Source: an uncultured Bacilli bacterium | Lineage (GTDB): Bacteria > Bacillota_I > Bacilli_A > RF39 > UBA660 | Direction of reading: 5' to 3' | Length of the DNA: 64,000 nt | Assembly: GCA_963931685.1 (NCBI GenBank) | Contig: OZ007038.1 | Location: 746,940-810,939 of the forward strand | Shown: piece after piece, positions 45,888-56,030 of the stretch | How positions within the stretch are numbered: position 1 is the first letter of the stretch | How the letters are laid out: the number at the start of each line of letters is the position of its first letter | Notes under the pieces: model-generated | Database searches by the model: none | What the model was told of the DNA's origin: nothing | Seen by the model: only the letters and a program-made list of their open reading frames with translations | Program-made: the position numbers and the translations under genes

Positions 45888-47492
45888 TTTAAGTTCCGGT
45901 GAAATTTAAATGGCTAATAAAAAAAGATGAATCCTGTGGAAAAGAATTCATCTTTTTACTTTAAAAATAAGGAAAAACCATTCCAAATTTAGTATAATTA
46001 AATTGAAAAAACTTTTACTAATAAACAAAAAATAAGGAGGTCTTTCCATGAATAATTTTACTACAAATACCTATGAGGTGAAAAGAGATATTTTAAATTT
46101 TTCGAAAAAAATTTCAGAAGGCTTATGTAAGCCTGACAAAAAGTTCATAGCTGATATGTTATATGGCATAGAAAAAAGTGGAAGTATTTTATTTAGTGAT
46201 ATAGCTAGAGCTTTGAATGAGGAAAATAAACTTAAAAATACTATTGAAAGATTATGTGATAGATGTAATTATTTGTCAGATGAAAGTATAGAAAAAATAA
46301 AAGAGAACTATTTAAATGAAGCAATAAAACAATTGCCAGACGATGAAGTAATATTAATAGAAGATGATTCTGATGTAAATAAAGAATATAGTAGAAAACT
46401 AGAAGATTTATGCACAGTGAAAGATGCCAGTAGTAAGGAAGATAGATACGTTAATGGCTATCATGTGTGTGAAGTAGTTGGGCTTACGAAAAATGAAAAA
46501 CAACCAGTCAGTTTATATTCAAAAATATACTCTACAGAAACTTCCGGGTTTATCAGCTGTCCAGATGAAACCAAGAAATCTGAAAAAGAAGTTATAAGTA
46601 AATTAAGGAAAGAAAACGAAAAGATAAAGATAATAGTAGTAAAAGATAGAGGTTATGATTCCTATAACTTGTTTGAAGAAACAATAAAAAATAAAATATC
46701 GTTTATAGTTAGATTAGATGGTGACAGACATATGTTATTTAAAGGGAAAAAGAGATTAGTAAAAGAAGTGGCAGCCACAAGAAAAGGAAAGATTCATACT
46801 AAATTAATGTATAAAGGCGAAAATACAGATTGTTATATATCATATACGACAGTACAATTTCCAAAGATGAAAGAAAAAGACTTAAGCCTAGTTATAATAT
46901 ATAGAAAAGATGAAGAAAGTGATCCGATGTATTTACTATCAGATTTACCAATCAAAACAAAAGATGATGTTTTAAAAATAGCTAGGACTTATATGATGAG
47001 ATGGAAAATAGAAGAATATTTTAAAGCTAAGAAACAGAATTATGATTTTGAAAATTTTAGAGTAAGAAATTTAAGAGGGATCAATAATTTAAATTTAATA
47101 TTAAGTTGTGTAATGTTACATATAGGAATACTCTCAGACAAGATAGATTTTAAATTATTGATTATAAAAATAATAGAGGCAAGTAAATCAATTAAAAAGA
47201 CAGCTATAGTATGGTATGGACAAATATCTAGGGGGATAAGAAATATACTATCATATGCCCATGAAGGAATAAGAAAATGGCAAAAGATAGAAAGCAGAGA
47301 GAAATTTAAACAATTACAGTTAAAATTATAGAGATAATTATTTTTAGAATAATATTAAAAAAGGACATGATTAATGCCCTGCGTTAGCATGAAAAAAATT
47401 TATAAATTTCCTTTACAAATCAAATTTATTATAAGTTGTTTGATTGAAAGTTAGTTTTTATGTGAGAGTTTAGTAAAATACCGAAACTTAAA
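45888..47492 (+). mobile_element. IS4-family insertion sequence (complete, 1605 bp)
   Basis: Termini TTTAAGTTCCGGT... and ...ACCGAAACTTAAA (12 of 13 inverted). Flanked by a 9-bp direct repeat ATATGAAAA at 45879..45887 and 47493..47501. Confidence 0.85.
46048..47331 (+). CDS. IS4-family DDE transposase
   Basis: 427 aa. YMMRWKIEEYFKAKK gives the Y-x2-R-x3-E-x6-K signature of IS4-family transposases. Confidence 0.85.
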   Translation: MNNFTTNTYEVKRDILNFSKKISEGLCKPDKKFIADMLYGIEKSGSILFSDIARALNEENKLKNTIERLCDRCNYLSDESIEKIKENYLNEAIKQLPDDEVILIEDDSDVNKEYSRKLEDLCTVKDASSKEDRYVNGYHVCEVVGLTKNEKQPVSLYSKIYSTETSGFISCPDETKKSEKEVISKLRKENEKIKIIVVKDRGYDSYNLFEETIKNKISFIVRLDGDRHMLFKGKKRLVKEVAATRKGKIHTKLMYKGENTDCYISYTTVQFPKMKEKDLSLVIIYRKDEESDPMYLLSDLPIKTKDDVLKIARTYMMRWKIEEYFKAKKQNYDFENFRVRNLRGINNLNLILSCVMLHIGILSDKIDFKLLIIKIIEASKSIKKTAIVWYGQISRGIRNILSYAHEGIRKWQKIESREKFKQLQLKL

Positions 47493-47555
47493 ATATGAAA
47501 ATTATTGAAAATAGTTTATATTTGTAGTATACTTATTTTAATAGGAGGCTATATA

Positions 47556-48290
47556 ATGGACGATAAAAGATATAATTTTGGTCAAGAAAAATATAGTGGT
47601 GATTATATGTCTGATGTAAATCAAGAAGTTAAAACTAGTCAAAATTTAGAAGCTATTGAAAGGTTATTTGAAGAATGGGATGATGATGATAAAAGTTTTT
47701 CTGATTCTTTTAGTTTAAATAATCAAGCTTTTGATGACGGGGCTTTAACTCGTAGGTCAGAATCTCAAAGTACTCCTACTCCATATTCAAACAGTTCATT
47801 TTACGAGGAGTTATTGCATGACAAAAAAAATGTGACTTCTAATGGTTTATATAATGAAGAAAATAATGTTTCAAAGATAGATGACTATGATAATTTATTA
47901 AATGATAGAAAACAAGATAATCTTTATGATAATTTGTTAAGTGATAGAAAGTCTGATAATTTAAATGATTATTCAGATGATTCTAATTACAACATTACTT
48001 CTAATGATTTAATGGATCAAACAAGAGAAATTGATAGTGTTGATTTAGCTGAATTAAAAGCAATTCAAGAGGAACTTCATAGATTATATGATGAGCCTAA
48101 TGAAGAAAATACATTAGAAAATGATGGTGTGAGTCAAAGTAAGGGCAAAACACTTACTAAAGCTACTAAACAAGGTATTGCCTTTTCTAACGGTAGTTTA
48201 ACTAAAACATTTCTAGATTGTGCAGTTTTGTGTTTTGTAACTGCTTCTATGGGATTTGCCTTTTTAATGAATATAATTAGTCATATATAA
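47556..48290 (+). CDS. hypothetical Asp/Asn-rich protein with C-terminal TM anchor
   Basis: ORF-track 47505..48290. AGGAGG precedes ATG 47556 (MDDKRYNFG). Low-complexity acidic repeats (DNLLNDRKQDNLYDNLLSDRKSDNL) and a C-terminal hydrophobic helix. Confidence 0.5.
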   Translation: MDDKRYNFGQEKYSGDYMSDVNQEVKTSQNLEAIERLFEEWDDDDKSFSDSFSLNNQAFDDGALTRRSESQSTPTPYSNSSFYEELLHDKKNVTSNGLYNEENNVSKIDDYDNLLNDRKQDNLYDNLLSDRKSDNLNDYSDDSNYNITSNDLMDQTREIDSVDLAELKAIQEELHRLYDEPNEENTLENDGVSQSKGKTLTKATKQGIAFSNGSLTKTFLDCAVLCFVTASMGFAFLMNIISHI

Positions 48291-48291
48291 A

Positions 48292-48317
48292 TTAAGGATT
48301 TGTCCTTAATTTTTTTT
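48292..48317 (+). terminator. rho-independent terminator
   Basis: TTAAGGA-TTTG-TCCTTAA followed by T8. Copy B of the IS605-family element starts within or after the T-run. Confidence 0.6.
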
Positions 48318-48420
48318 ATATACTAGGAATTTGCTTTGTAAAAGGTAAAAGTTTGCAAAAAGTTATTTACAAATATAACTATTCGTGATATAGTGGAGAG
48401 CAATGATAGAAGGTGATGTT

Positions 48421-49569
48421 ATGCAAATACTAAAAGGCTATGTGTTTAGAATGTATCCAAATGAAAAGCAAGAAGAGTTCATTAATAAAACTATTGGATG
48501 CTCAAGATTCATATATAATTATTTTTTAGATGATAAAATAAAAGAATATAAGATAGCAGGTAAAAGTAAAACAGCTTATGATCAAATAAAATTAATACCA
48601 TCACTTTCAAAAGAAAAGCCATGGCTAAAGGAAGTAGATAGTTGCGCTTTAAGAAACAGTCTATTTAATTTAGAAGATGCTTATAAAAGATTTTTTAATG
48701 GAAACGGTTATCCTAAATTTAAAGCAAAAGGAGTACATGAAAGTTATAAAACCAATAATATTAAAAGTAGTTATAAAGGAAATAATTATAACAGTATAAA
48801 ATTAGATTTAAAAAATAAAACAATCACTTTACCAAAATTAAAAGAAGTAAAGATAAGAGGATATAGGAATAAAGAAGTTATACCTGGTGAGGTAAAAAGT
48901 GCAGTAATTAAGAAAGACGCTGGTAAATATTATGTAAGCGTATTAATAGAAGAAGAATTAATAAGACCAGCTTTTGTTCCAACAAGTATAATCGGCATAG
49001 ATTTAGGGATAAAAGATTTAATAGTAACATCCTTTAATGAGAAAATAGAAAATACCATTAAACTAAATACAAAAAGAATGATTGGCTTACAAAGAGGAAT
49101 ATCTAGATGTAAGTCTGGAAGTAAAAACAGATATAAGATGAAACTAAAAATACAAAGATTATATCAAAAGATAAGGAATGCAAGAAAACATATGATACAT
49201 GATATAACAAATAAATTAATAAACGAAAATGACATTATAGTAACTGAGAATTTAGATGTAAAAAGTATGCAGAAGAATCACTATATAGCTAAAGGACTAA
49301 ACGAAAATCCAATATCAGAAATTATCAGAATACTTAAATATAAGGCTGATTGGAATAACAAGAGATTAATACAAATAGACAGATATTATCCAAGTAGTCA
49401 AATATGTAATGTTTGTAATTATCAAAATAGAGGGGTAAAAGATTTAAGCATAAGAAAATGGGAATGTCCAATATGTCATACAGAGCATAAACGTGATTAT
49501 AATGCAGCAGTTAATATAATGTTTAAAGGTTTAGAAAAATACATGTTATACTTAAAGCAATATATCTAA
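48421..49569 (+). CDS. tnpB: RNA-guided endonuclease TnpB
   Basis: ORF-track 48403..49569. ATG 48421 (MQILKGYVFRMYPNEKQ). Collinear with copy A, with intact IGIDLG, VTENL, KRDYNAAVNI and CNVC...CPIC. Confidence 0.9.
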   Translation: MQILKGYVFRMYPNEKQEEFINKTIGCSRFIYNYFLDDKIKEYKIAGKSKTAYDQIKLIPSLSKEKPWLKEVDSCALRNSLFNLEDAYKRFFNGNGYPKFKAKGVHESYKTNNIKSSYKGNNYNSIKLDLKNKTITLPKLKEVKIRGYRNKEVIPGEVKSAVIKKDAGKYYVSVLIEEELIRPAFVPTSIIGIDLGIKDLIVTSFNEKIENTIKLNTKRMIGLQRGISRCKSGSKNRYKMKLKIQRLYQKIRNARKHMIHDITNKLINENDIIVTENLDVKSMQKNHYIAKGLNENPISEIIRILKYKADWNNKRLIQIDRYYPSSQICNVCNYQNRGVKDLSIRKWECPICHTEHKRDYNAAVNIMFKGLEKYMLYLKQYI

Positions 49570-49712
49570 TCAATAAATTTTGGCAAACAAATAAAATAAT
49601 TAGGGTGGCGACCATCCGATACTGGTCTATGGAGGAGCCTTAGGTCCCGTTGAAGTAGAAAGAGCTTACCGTGAGGTAAGCTAATACCAAAATTTATTTT
49701 GGTATTTTGTTC
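49570..49712 (+). ncRNA. putative omega RNA scaffold / right-end region of copy B
   Basis: TTAGGGTGGCGACCATCCGATACTGGTCTATGGAGGAGCCTTAGGTCCCGTTGAAGTAGAAAGAGCTTACCGTGAGGTAAGCTAA plus a terminal hairpin. Homologous to 17855..17996. Confidence 0.5.
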
Positions 49713-49761
49713 TTAATTTTTACATTATAATTACATATATTTTTATTAGAGGTGTGATTTA

Positions 49762-50454
49762 ATGTTAAATTTTTTAAAAAAATTATTTAAGGATTTTTAT
49801 CTTTTTACGGCGTCCTATTCTAACAATGTATTCCCCGATCCTTTATCTAAGGAAGATGAGGAGAAATATATTAAGCTAGCTAATATGGGCGATATGGAAG
49901 CGCGTAATAAATTGATTGAACATAATTTAAGGTTGGTGGCACATATTGTAAAGAAATATGACCATGGTTCTGATATGTCGGATGATTTAATTAGTATTGG
50001 GACTATTGGTTTAATTAAGGGGGTTGATAGTTATTCTTTTAAACATAAAACTAGACTTACTACTTATTGTGCGAGATGTATTGAAAATGAGATTTTAATG
50101 TTTTTTAGGTCTGATAAAAAAAATAATAAGAATATAAGTATTGATGAGCCTATTGGTTTTGATAAAGAAGGAAATGCGATTACTTTTTTAGATATTTTGA
50201 AAACTGACAAACCTGATTTTGCTTTGGATTTACACATCCAAAATAATGTGAAACTATTAAAGAAGTATTTTGAGGTTTTGACTGATAGAGAGAAAGAAAT
50301 AATTATTAAAAGATATGGCCTTGATGGTAAGGATGAGATTACTCAAAAAGAGATAGCAAAGGAGCTTGGGATATCTAGAAGTTATGTTTCTAGAATTGAA
50401 AAAAGAGCATTAACGAAGATGCTCAGAGAATTTATTAAAAATAAAAATAGTTAA
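49762..50454 (+). CDS. sigK: sporulation sigma factor SigK-like (pro-sigma)
   Basis: 230 aa. NNVFPDPLSKEDEEKYI, LIEHNLRLVAHIVKKY, DLISIGTIGLIKGV and RCIENEILM match SigK more closely than SigE (from memory). The N-terminal 20-aa extension looks like a pro-sequence. Confidence 0.75.
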   Translation: MLNFLKKLFKDFYLFTASYSNNVFPDPLSKEDEEKYIKLANMGDMEARNKLIEHNLRLVAHIVKKYDHGSDMSDDLISIGTIGLIKGVDSYSFKHKTRLTTYCARCIENEILMFFRSDKKNNKNISIDEPIGFDKEGNAITFLDILKTDKPDFALDLHIQNNVKLLKKYFEVLTDREKEIIIKRYGLDGKDEITQKEIAKELGISRSYVSRIEKRALTKMLREFIKNKNS

Positions 50455-50475
50455 ATTAAAACTAGTTCAATTGAA

Positions 50476-53205
50476 CTAGTTTTCTTCACTTACTATTTCA
50501 TGACATCTTGGACATAGATGGTCAGTTAAATCAATTTCATTAAAGTAATTCCAACATCTTTCACATCTTTCACCTTCGAATCTTTGAACTTTAACTTCAC
50601 AGTATTCATATTTTGTAAGTTCATCTGGGGTTAAGATAACTTCAGATACAATGAATAATTGTTTTAATTTAGTTAAAATTGGTTTTAATGTTTCTTTATC
50701 TTCATCACGTAATTTTAAGAATACTTTTGCTTCTAATGACTTACCAATTATTTTTTCATTTCTAGCTTCTTCTAAGGCTTTATAAACATCATTTTTAATT
50801 CCAAAGAATAATTCGAATATTTCTTTTATTTCTTCTTCATCTTTATATGTTTTTGTCTCTGGGAAGTTTTCTAGATGAACACTTTTCTCTTTTTTACCTG
50901 GAAGTAATTTATAAACTTCTTCTGATGTATAAGGTAAAATTGGAGCCATTAGTTTTATTAATGAAGTTAAGATTTCATATAAAACTGTTTGAACGCTTCT
51001 TCTTTCATCGCTATCAGCTTTTTCAATATATAAGATGTCTTTGGTAAAATCTAAATAGAAATTAGATAATGAATTAACATAGTTATTGATGATTTTATAG
51101 ATTTCATCATAGTTATAATTATCATATTCTTTGATTACTTTAGTTATAATATCATTTAATTCAATTAACATATATTTATCAGAATAAGGTAATTTATCAT
51201 ATGGTACTTTATCTTGTTCTGGATTAAAGTCAAATAAATTACCTAACATAAATCTATATGTATTTCTAATTTTTCTATATGATTCTTTAACACCGGCTAA
51301 TAATTCATCACTAAATCTAACATCTTCTGTATAATCTACACTGGCAACCCAAAGTCTTAAGATATCAGCACCTTGTTTACTTACAACGTCCATTGGTCTT
51401 ACGATGTTACCGATACTTTTACTCATTTTAAAGCCTTTTCCATCTAAGACGAATCCGGCAGAGATTAATTCTTTATAAGGGCTATGACCACTATAGGCCA
51501 TACTACAGATTAGTGAAGAATTAAACCATCCACGATATTGGTCTGATCCTTCTAGATAAACATCGGCTGGATAAGGTAATTTTCTTTCTAGTAGTGTTCC
51601 AGCCCATGAAGTTCCAGAATCAAACCAAACATCCATAATGTCTGTTTCTTTTGTAAAGTTTCCATTTGGACTAGCTGGGTTAGTGTATCCTTTTGGAAGT
51701 AAGTCTTTAGCATCTTTTTCAAACCAAATATTTGAACCATATTTTCTAAATAATGAAGCAACGTGCATCATAACATCATAATCAATGATTTCTGAACCAT
51801 CTTCATTATAGAAAATTGGAATTGGCACTCCCCATGCTCTTTGTCTTGAGATACACCAGTCTCCCCTATCTTTAATCATGTTATAGATTCTAGTTTTACC
51901 CCAGTCTGTATGGAAATTTACGTTTGTATCTAATTCGTTTAAGATTTCATCTCTTATTTTATCAACACTACAGAACCATTGCTTAGTGGCTCTAAAGATG
52001 ATTGGTTTTTTAGTTCTCCAGTCATGTGGATATGAGTGGGTTATTTTCTTTAATTTTAATAAGTATCCATTCTCTTTTAACCATTTTGGAATTTCTTTGT
52101 TAGCATCTTCTACTGATAGACCTTCAAACATACCTGATTCTTTGGTTAAAATACCTTGGTCATTAACACCGTTTACCATTCCTAAGTTATATTTTTTTCC
52201 GACATTGAAGTCATCTACACCATAAGCTGGAGCAGTATGAACAAGTCCAGTTCCGGCATCTAGTGTGACATGTGAGCCAGTAACTACAGGTGATGTTCTA
52301 TCCATGAATGGATGAGCATATTTAATTTTTTCTAAATCTTTTCCTTTAAATGTAGATACTTTTTCATATGTATCAAATTCAAATTCTTTCATTAAGTCTT
52401 CTAATAATTCTGTTGCGACAATATAGTTATCATTTCCTACTTTAACTTTAGAATATTCAAAGTCAGCACCTACACAGACTCCCATGTTTCCTGGTAAAGT
52501 CCATGGAGTTGTAGTCCAAATAACTAATTTATCGCCAGGGTTAACAAAGTTATTACCATCAGTAACTGTGAATGCGACATAAATAGATGGGTCTGTTTTA
52601 TCTTTATATTCGATTTCAGCTTCAGCTAGGGCTGTTTCACTACTTGGTGACCAATAAACTGGTTTTAATCCTTTAAAGATTAAACCTTTTTCAGCCATTT
52701 TAGCGAATACTTCGATTTGTTTAGCTTCATATTCTGGTTTTAAAGTAATATAAGGATTATCCCAATCACCGATGACATTTAATCTTTTGAAATCATCCAT
52801 TTGAGTTTCTACTTGTTTTAAGGCATATTCTTTACAATATTCTCTAAATTCGGCTACACTCATGCTTTTTCTATCAACACCACTATTGGTAACGGCTTGT
52901 TCGATAGGTAAACCATGAGTATCCCATCCTGGAATATATTCAACGTAATATCCTTCCATCATTTTAGAACGGTTGATAAAATCTTTTAAAATTTTATTTA
53001 ATGAATGACCTAAATGGATATTGCCATTCGCATAAGGTGGACCATCGTGAAGAATAAATGGTTTATTGTTTTTATTTTTATTTTTGATTAGGTTATATAA
53101 ATCCATCTCATCCCATTCTCGACGTTGTAAAACTTCGTTTTCGGCTAAATTTCCCCTCATTTTAAATTCTGTTTTTGGCATTAATAATGTGTCTTTATAA
53201 TCCAT
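50476..53205 (-). CDS. ileS: isoleucine--tRNA ligase
   Basis: 909 aa. HIGH motif (NGNIHLGH), KMSKS (FKMSKS) and C-terminal zinc-binding CxxC pairs. Confidence 0.97.
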   Translation of the reverse strand: MDYKDTLLMPKTEFKMRGNLAENEVLQRREWDEMDLYNLIKNKNKNNKPFILHDGPPYANGNIHLGHSLNKILKDFINRSKMMEGYYVEYIPGWDTHGLPIEQAVTNSGVDRKSMSVAEFREYCKEYALKQVETQMDDFKRLNVIGDWDNPYITLKPEYEAKQIEVFAKMAEKGLIFKGLKPVYWSPSSETALAEAEIEYKDKTDPSIYVAFTVTDGNNFVNPGDKLVIWTTTPWTLPGNMGVCVGADFEYSKVKVGNDNYIVATELLEDLMKEFEFDTYEKVSTFKGKDLEKIKYAHPFMDRTSPVVTGSHVTLDAGTGLVHTAPAYGVDDFNVGKKYNLGMVNGVNDQGILTKESGMFEGLSVEDANKEIPKWLKENGYLLKLKKITHSYPHDWRTKKPIIFRATKQWFCSVDKIRDEILNELDTNVNFHTDWGKTRIYNMIKDRGDWCISRQRAWGVPIPIFYNEDGSEIIDYDVMMHVASLFRKYGSNIWFEKDAKDLLPKGYTNPASPNGNFTKETDIMDVWFDSGTSWAGTLLERKLPYPADVYLEGSDQYRGWFNSSLICSMAYSGHSPYKELISAGFVLDGKGFKMSKSIGNIVRPMDVVSKQGADILRLWVASVDYTEDVRFSDELLAGVKESYRKIRNTYRFMLGNLFDFNPEQDKVPYDKLPYSDKYMLIELNDIITKVIKEYDNYNYDEIYKIINNYVNSLSNFYLDFTKDILYIEKADSDERRSVQTVLYEILTSLIKLMAPILPYTSEEVYKLLPGKKEKSVHLENFPETKTYKDEEEIKEIFELFFGIKNDVYKALEEARNEKIIGKSLEAKVFLKLRDEDKETLKPILTKLKQLFIVSEVILTPDELTKYEYCEVKVQRFEGERCERCWNYFNEIDLTDHLCPRCHEIVSEEN

Positions 53206-53225
53206 AAATACATCTCCTTGCTTTA

Positions 53226-54422
53226 TTATTTAACTCCCTTTTTAAATCCGTTTGTTTCATTATAATTACTTAATATATTAGATGTAAAACTTGATGTTTT
53301 ACGTATTTCATTTTTATAATCTTTAATAGCTGATTTTATTAATTCATCAGTTAATGTTTTATAGTCTTTACCTTTTGGTTTATATAGATAAAATGCGAGT
53401 GAACCTGGGATAGTATTTGGTTCATTTACATATATCTCACCAGTTTCTTTATTGACAAGATAATCTATACGGCAAACTCCTTTTAAGTTTAAGACTTTAA
53501 ATACTTGTTTTGATATTTCATATATTTTATTTGTCATTTCATCTGAAATGTTTGCGGGAACATCAAATTCACTTGTTGACATAGAATTTGGCATTTTATT
53601 TCCCATTTTCATACCTTTTCCTTTGCCTCCACCTAGATATTTATCTTCAAAGGTTAAAAGTTCGTTTTTTACTTTCATTTCAGCGATTAAACTTGTTTCA
53701 TTATATTCATAATTTCCGCATACTGCACAGTTTAATTCTTGCAGATTAGGAATCATTTCTTCTACGTCAATTTTCTTTTCGTATTCTAAGGCTTCTTCAA
53801 TGGCTTTAGTTAATTCTTCTTGGTTATGGGCAACTCCAATACCAATTGTACTACCTAGATTAGCTGGTTTTACTATTACTGGATAGTTTAGTTTTTCTAT
53901 TTTTTCTATTATTTCATCTTTATTCATACTATATTCGTAATCATAAAACCATACATATTTTGGGGTTTTAATTCCATTGGCTTCTAATACTTGTTTTAAG
54001 ACTACTTTATCTTGTCCTAAAGCGGCACCTAAAACGGAAGGTCCAACTACTGGAAGACCTAGTGTTTCTAAGTATCCAGCTAGTGAGCCATCTTCTACTC
54101 CTTTACCATGAACTATCGGGAATGCTACATCAATTGTATTCACATCTCTTCCAAAAAATCCTTTTATTTTTTGAAGCACTATGTCATTTCCTTTTCTACA
54201 TATGGTTATTTCTTTAACAAATTTTTTCATATTGTCAAAGTATTTATATGTTTCCATATCTCTTAAGGCATTTCCTGTATAAAAATGTCTATCTTTACTT
54301 ATATAAATAGGAATAATTTCATATTTTTCTTCATCAATATTTTCCATTGCTTGCAAAGCAGAGATTATACTTACTTCATGTTCTACTGAATCTCCACCAA
54401 AAATAACTCCAACTTTAATCAT
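53226..54422 (-). CDS. ddl: D-alanine--D-alanine ligase (with a Gly/Lys/Met-rich insert)
   Basis: 398 aa. N-terminal VGVIFGGDSVEHEVSI, ATP-grasp core and NEPNTIPG. Carries an extra GGGKGKGMKMGNKMPNSMS segment after the FEDKY motif. Confidence 0.85.
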   Translation of the reverse strand: MIKVGVIFGGDSVEHEVSIISALQAMENIDEEKYEIIPIYISKDRHFYTGNALRDMETYKYFDNMKKFVKEITICRKGNDIVLQKIKGFFGRDVNTIDVAFPIVHGKGVEDGSLAGYLETLGLPVVGPSVLGAALGQDKVVLKQVLEANGIKTPKYVWFYDYEYSMNKDEIIEKIEKLNYPVIVKPANLGSTIGIGVAHNQEELTKAIEEALEYEKKIDVEEMIPNLQELNCAVCGNYEYNETSLIAEMKVKNELLTFEDKYLGGGKGKGMKMGNKMPNSMSTSEFDVPANISDEMTNKIYEISKQVFKVLNLKGVCRIDYLVNKETGEIYVNEPNTIPGSLAFYLYKPKGKDYKTLTDELIKSAIKDYKNEIRKTSSFTSNILSNYNETNGFKKGVK

Positions 54423-54427
54423 TTATA

Positions 54428-56029
54428 TCACTCCTTTTCATTAAATATATCTGGTAAGTCATTTTCTAAAAGTACATAAGTTTCATTTTCTTTTAATGTT
54501 TGAATAAGTGGGAAGGCTTTTAATACATCATTTATTATATGTATTTTACTTTCATCAAAATTCTTTTCTTTTAAGCCTTCATAGATTGGTTTTGTTTTTT
54601 CGGCTCCAACTAGTATTACTTCATCGGCCTTTGATAATGCGATTTGGTTACCGAATTCTTTATTTTTTTCATATTCTTCTGAACCCAGTTCAATCATACC
54701 TGGTGTTACTACAATATGTTTTCCTGGCATTAATTTTAAAACATCTAAGGCCATTTTAGCGCCTGTAGGGTTTGAATTATATGCATCATCAATTATAGTT
54801 ATATCACCGTTTCTTTTTAGTTCTAGACGGTGCTCAACGGCTTTTACTTTAGATACACCAGCTTTTAGTTGTTCGATTGTCATACCAAATTCTCTACCTA
54901 AGGCAATAGAGGCTAATATGTTATATACATTAGCATATCCTAGTAATTTTGTTTCAAATTTATATGGTGTTTCATCACCTTTGAAGTAACAATCAAAGGT
55001 AGTTCCTTTGGGGCTCAATGTAATATTTTTAGCTCTTACATCAACATTTTCACTATCAATTCCAATCCATTTTATTTTACAATTATTTTTTATTTTATAA
55101 CTTCTTTGCCATTCATCGTCACCATTTAATATGCCTATTCCATCACTAGGAAGAGATTCTATAAGTTCAAATTTTGTTTTTTGGATATTTTCTCTTGAAC
55201 CAAAGGTTGCGAGATGAGCTACTCCGATTTTAGTTATGATAGCGTATTTTGGATGTACTAAATCACATAGTTCTTTTATATCGCCTGATTGACAAGCTCC
55301 CATTTCGGCTATAAAAACATCAGCAAATTTATCTAAATAGTTATTTATTGTAATCATTAGTCCAAATGGTGTATTAAAATTTTTGGGGGTTGGAACTACA
55401 TTATACTTTATATTTAAAATGTCATTTAAAATGTTTTTACTACTTGTTTTTCCATAACTTCCAGTAATGCCTATTACTTTTAGGTTTTTCATGCCTTTTA
55501 TTTTATTTATAGCTTTTCTTTTAAAATAATATCCTACAAAGCTTTCAACTGGAGTATTTATTAAAAGGGCAAGTAAAATATAAAGGTTATTTAGATAAGC
55601 AATTAGGCCTAAAATTAAATAAAAATAAGGTAAGTTAGTTTCATTTACAAAGATACTCATTATAATTATTGGAATTAAATGGGTCAAAATGTTTGTAAAT
55701 GTTAACCGTTTAACTCTAGATGTATATTTAAGTGGTAATTTATTTTGTGATTTTTTTCTTTCTAAAATTAAATTAACGGTTAAGATTAGATATAAAACGT
55801 TAAATACAAGTATTAATAAAATTATATTATCATAAAAAATAAATATGGCTAGTATGATAAAAAATATACTATAGTTTTTAAAGGCTTTTGCAGGATTTCT
55901 TTTAAGCCATTTTAAGTATGTTTTTTTTCTATTATATTTGTTTTGCTGAAGCATTTGCATAGAGTCCATGCTTCTTAGAAAAACATAAATAAAATAGATA
56001 ATTACTGAGATTAAAAATATTTTAGTCAT
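54428..56029 (-). CDS. murF: MurF-like Mur ligase with N-terminal polytopic membrane region
   Basis: 533 aa. Residues 1 to about 165 form about five hydrophobic helices. These are followed by GITGSYGKTS (P-loop), EMGA..GDI, KIGVAHL and DDAYNSNP, typical of MurF central and C-terminal domains. Confidence 0.65.
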   Translation of the reverse strand: MTKIFLISVIIYFIYVFLRSMDSMQMLQQNKYNRKKTYLKWLKRNPAKAFKNYSIFFIILAIFIFYDNIILLILVFNVLYLILTVNLILERKKSQNKLPLKYTSRVKRLTFTNILTHLIPIIIMSIFVNETNLPYFYLILGLIAYLNNLYILLALLINTPVESFVGYYFKRKAINKIKGMKNLKVIGITGSYGKTSSKNILNDILNIKYNVVPTPKNFNTPFGLMITINNYLDKFADVFIAEMGACQSGDIKELCDLVHPKYAIITKIGVAHLATFGSRENIQKTKFELIESLPSDGIGILNGDDEWQRSYKIKNNCKIKWIGIDSENVDVRAKNITLSPKGTTFDCYFKGDETPYKFETKLLGYANVYNILASIALGREFGMTIEQLKAGVSKVKAVEHRLELKRNGDITIIDDAYNSNPTGAKMALDVLKLMPGKHIVVTPGMIELGSEEYEKNKEFGNQIALSKADEVILVGAEKTKPIYEGLKEKNFDESKIHIINDVLKAFPLIQTLKENETYVLLENDLPDIFNEKE

Positions 56030-56030
56030 T

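Larger units (their letters stand above)
48317..49712 (+). mobile_element. TnpB-only IS200/IS605-family element (copy B)
   Basis: Left end TATATACTAGGAATTTGCTTTGTAAAAGG... and right end ...ATACCAAAATTTATTTTGGTATTTTGTTC, bounded by comparison with copies A and C. Confidence 0.8.

Noticed and set aside
48317-50454. sigK interrupted by a mobile element (skin-like arrangement)
   Set aside because: The TnpB element ends 49 nt upstream of the sigK start, and the 230-aa sigK ORF is continuous with all sigma regions.
50847-54759. Antisense ORFs within ileS and murF (50847..51047, 51986..52225, 54508..54759)
   Set aside because: Antisense to genes with unmistakable catalytic motifs.
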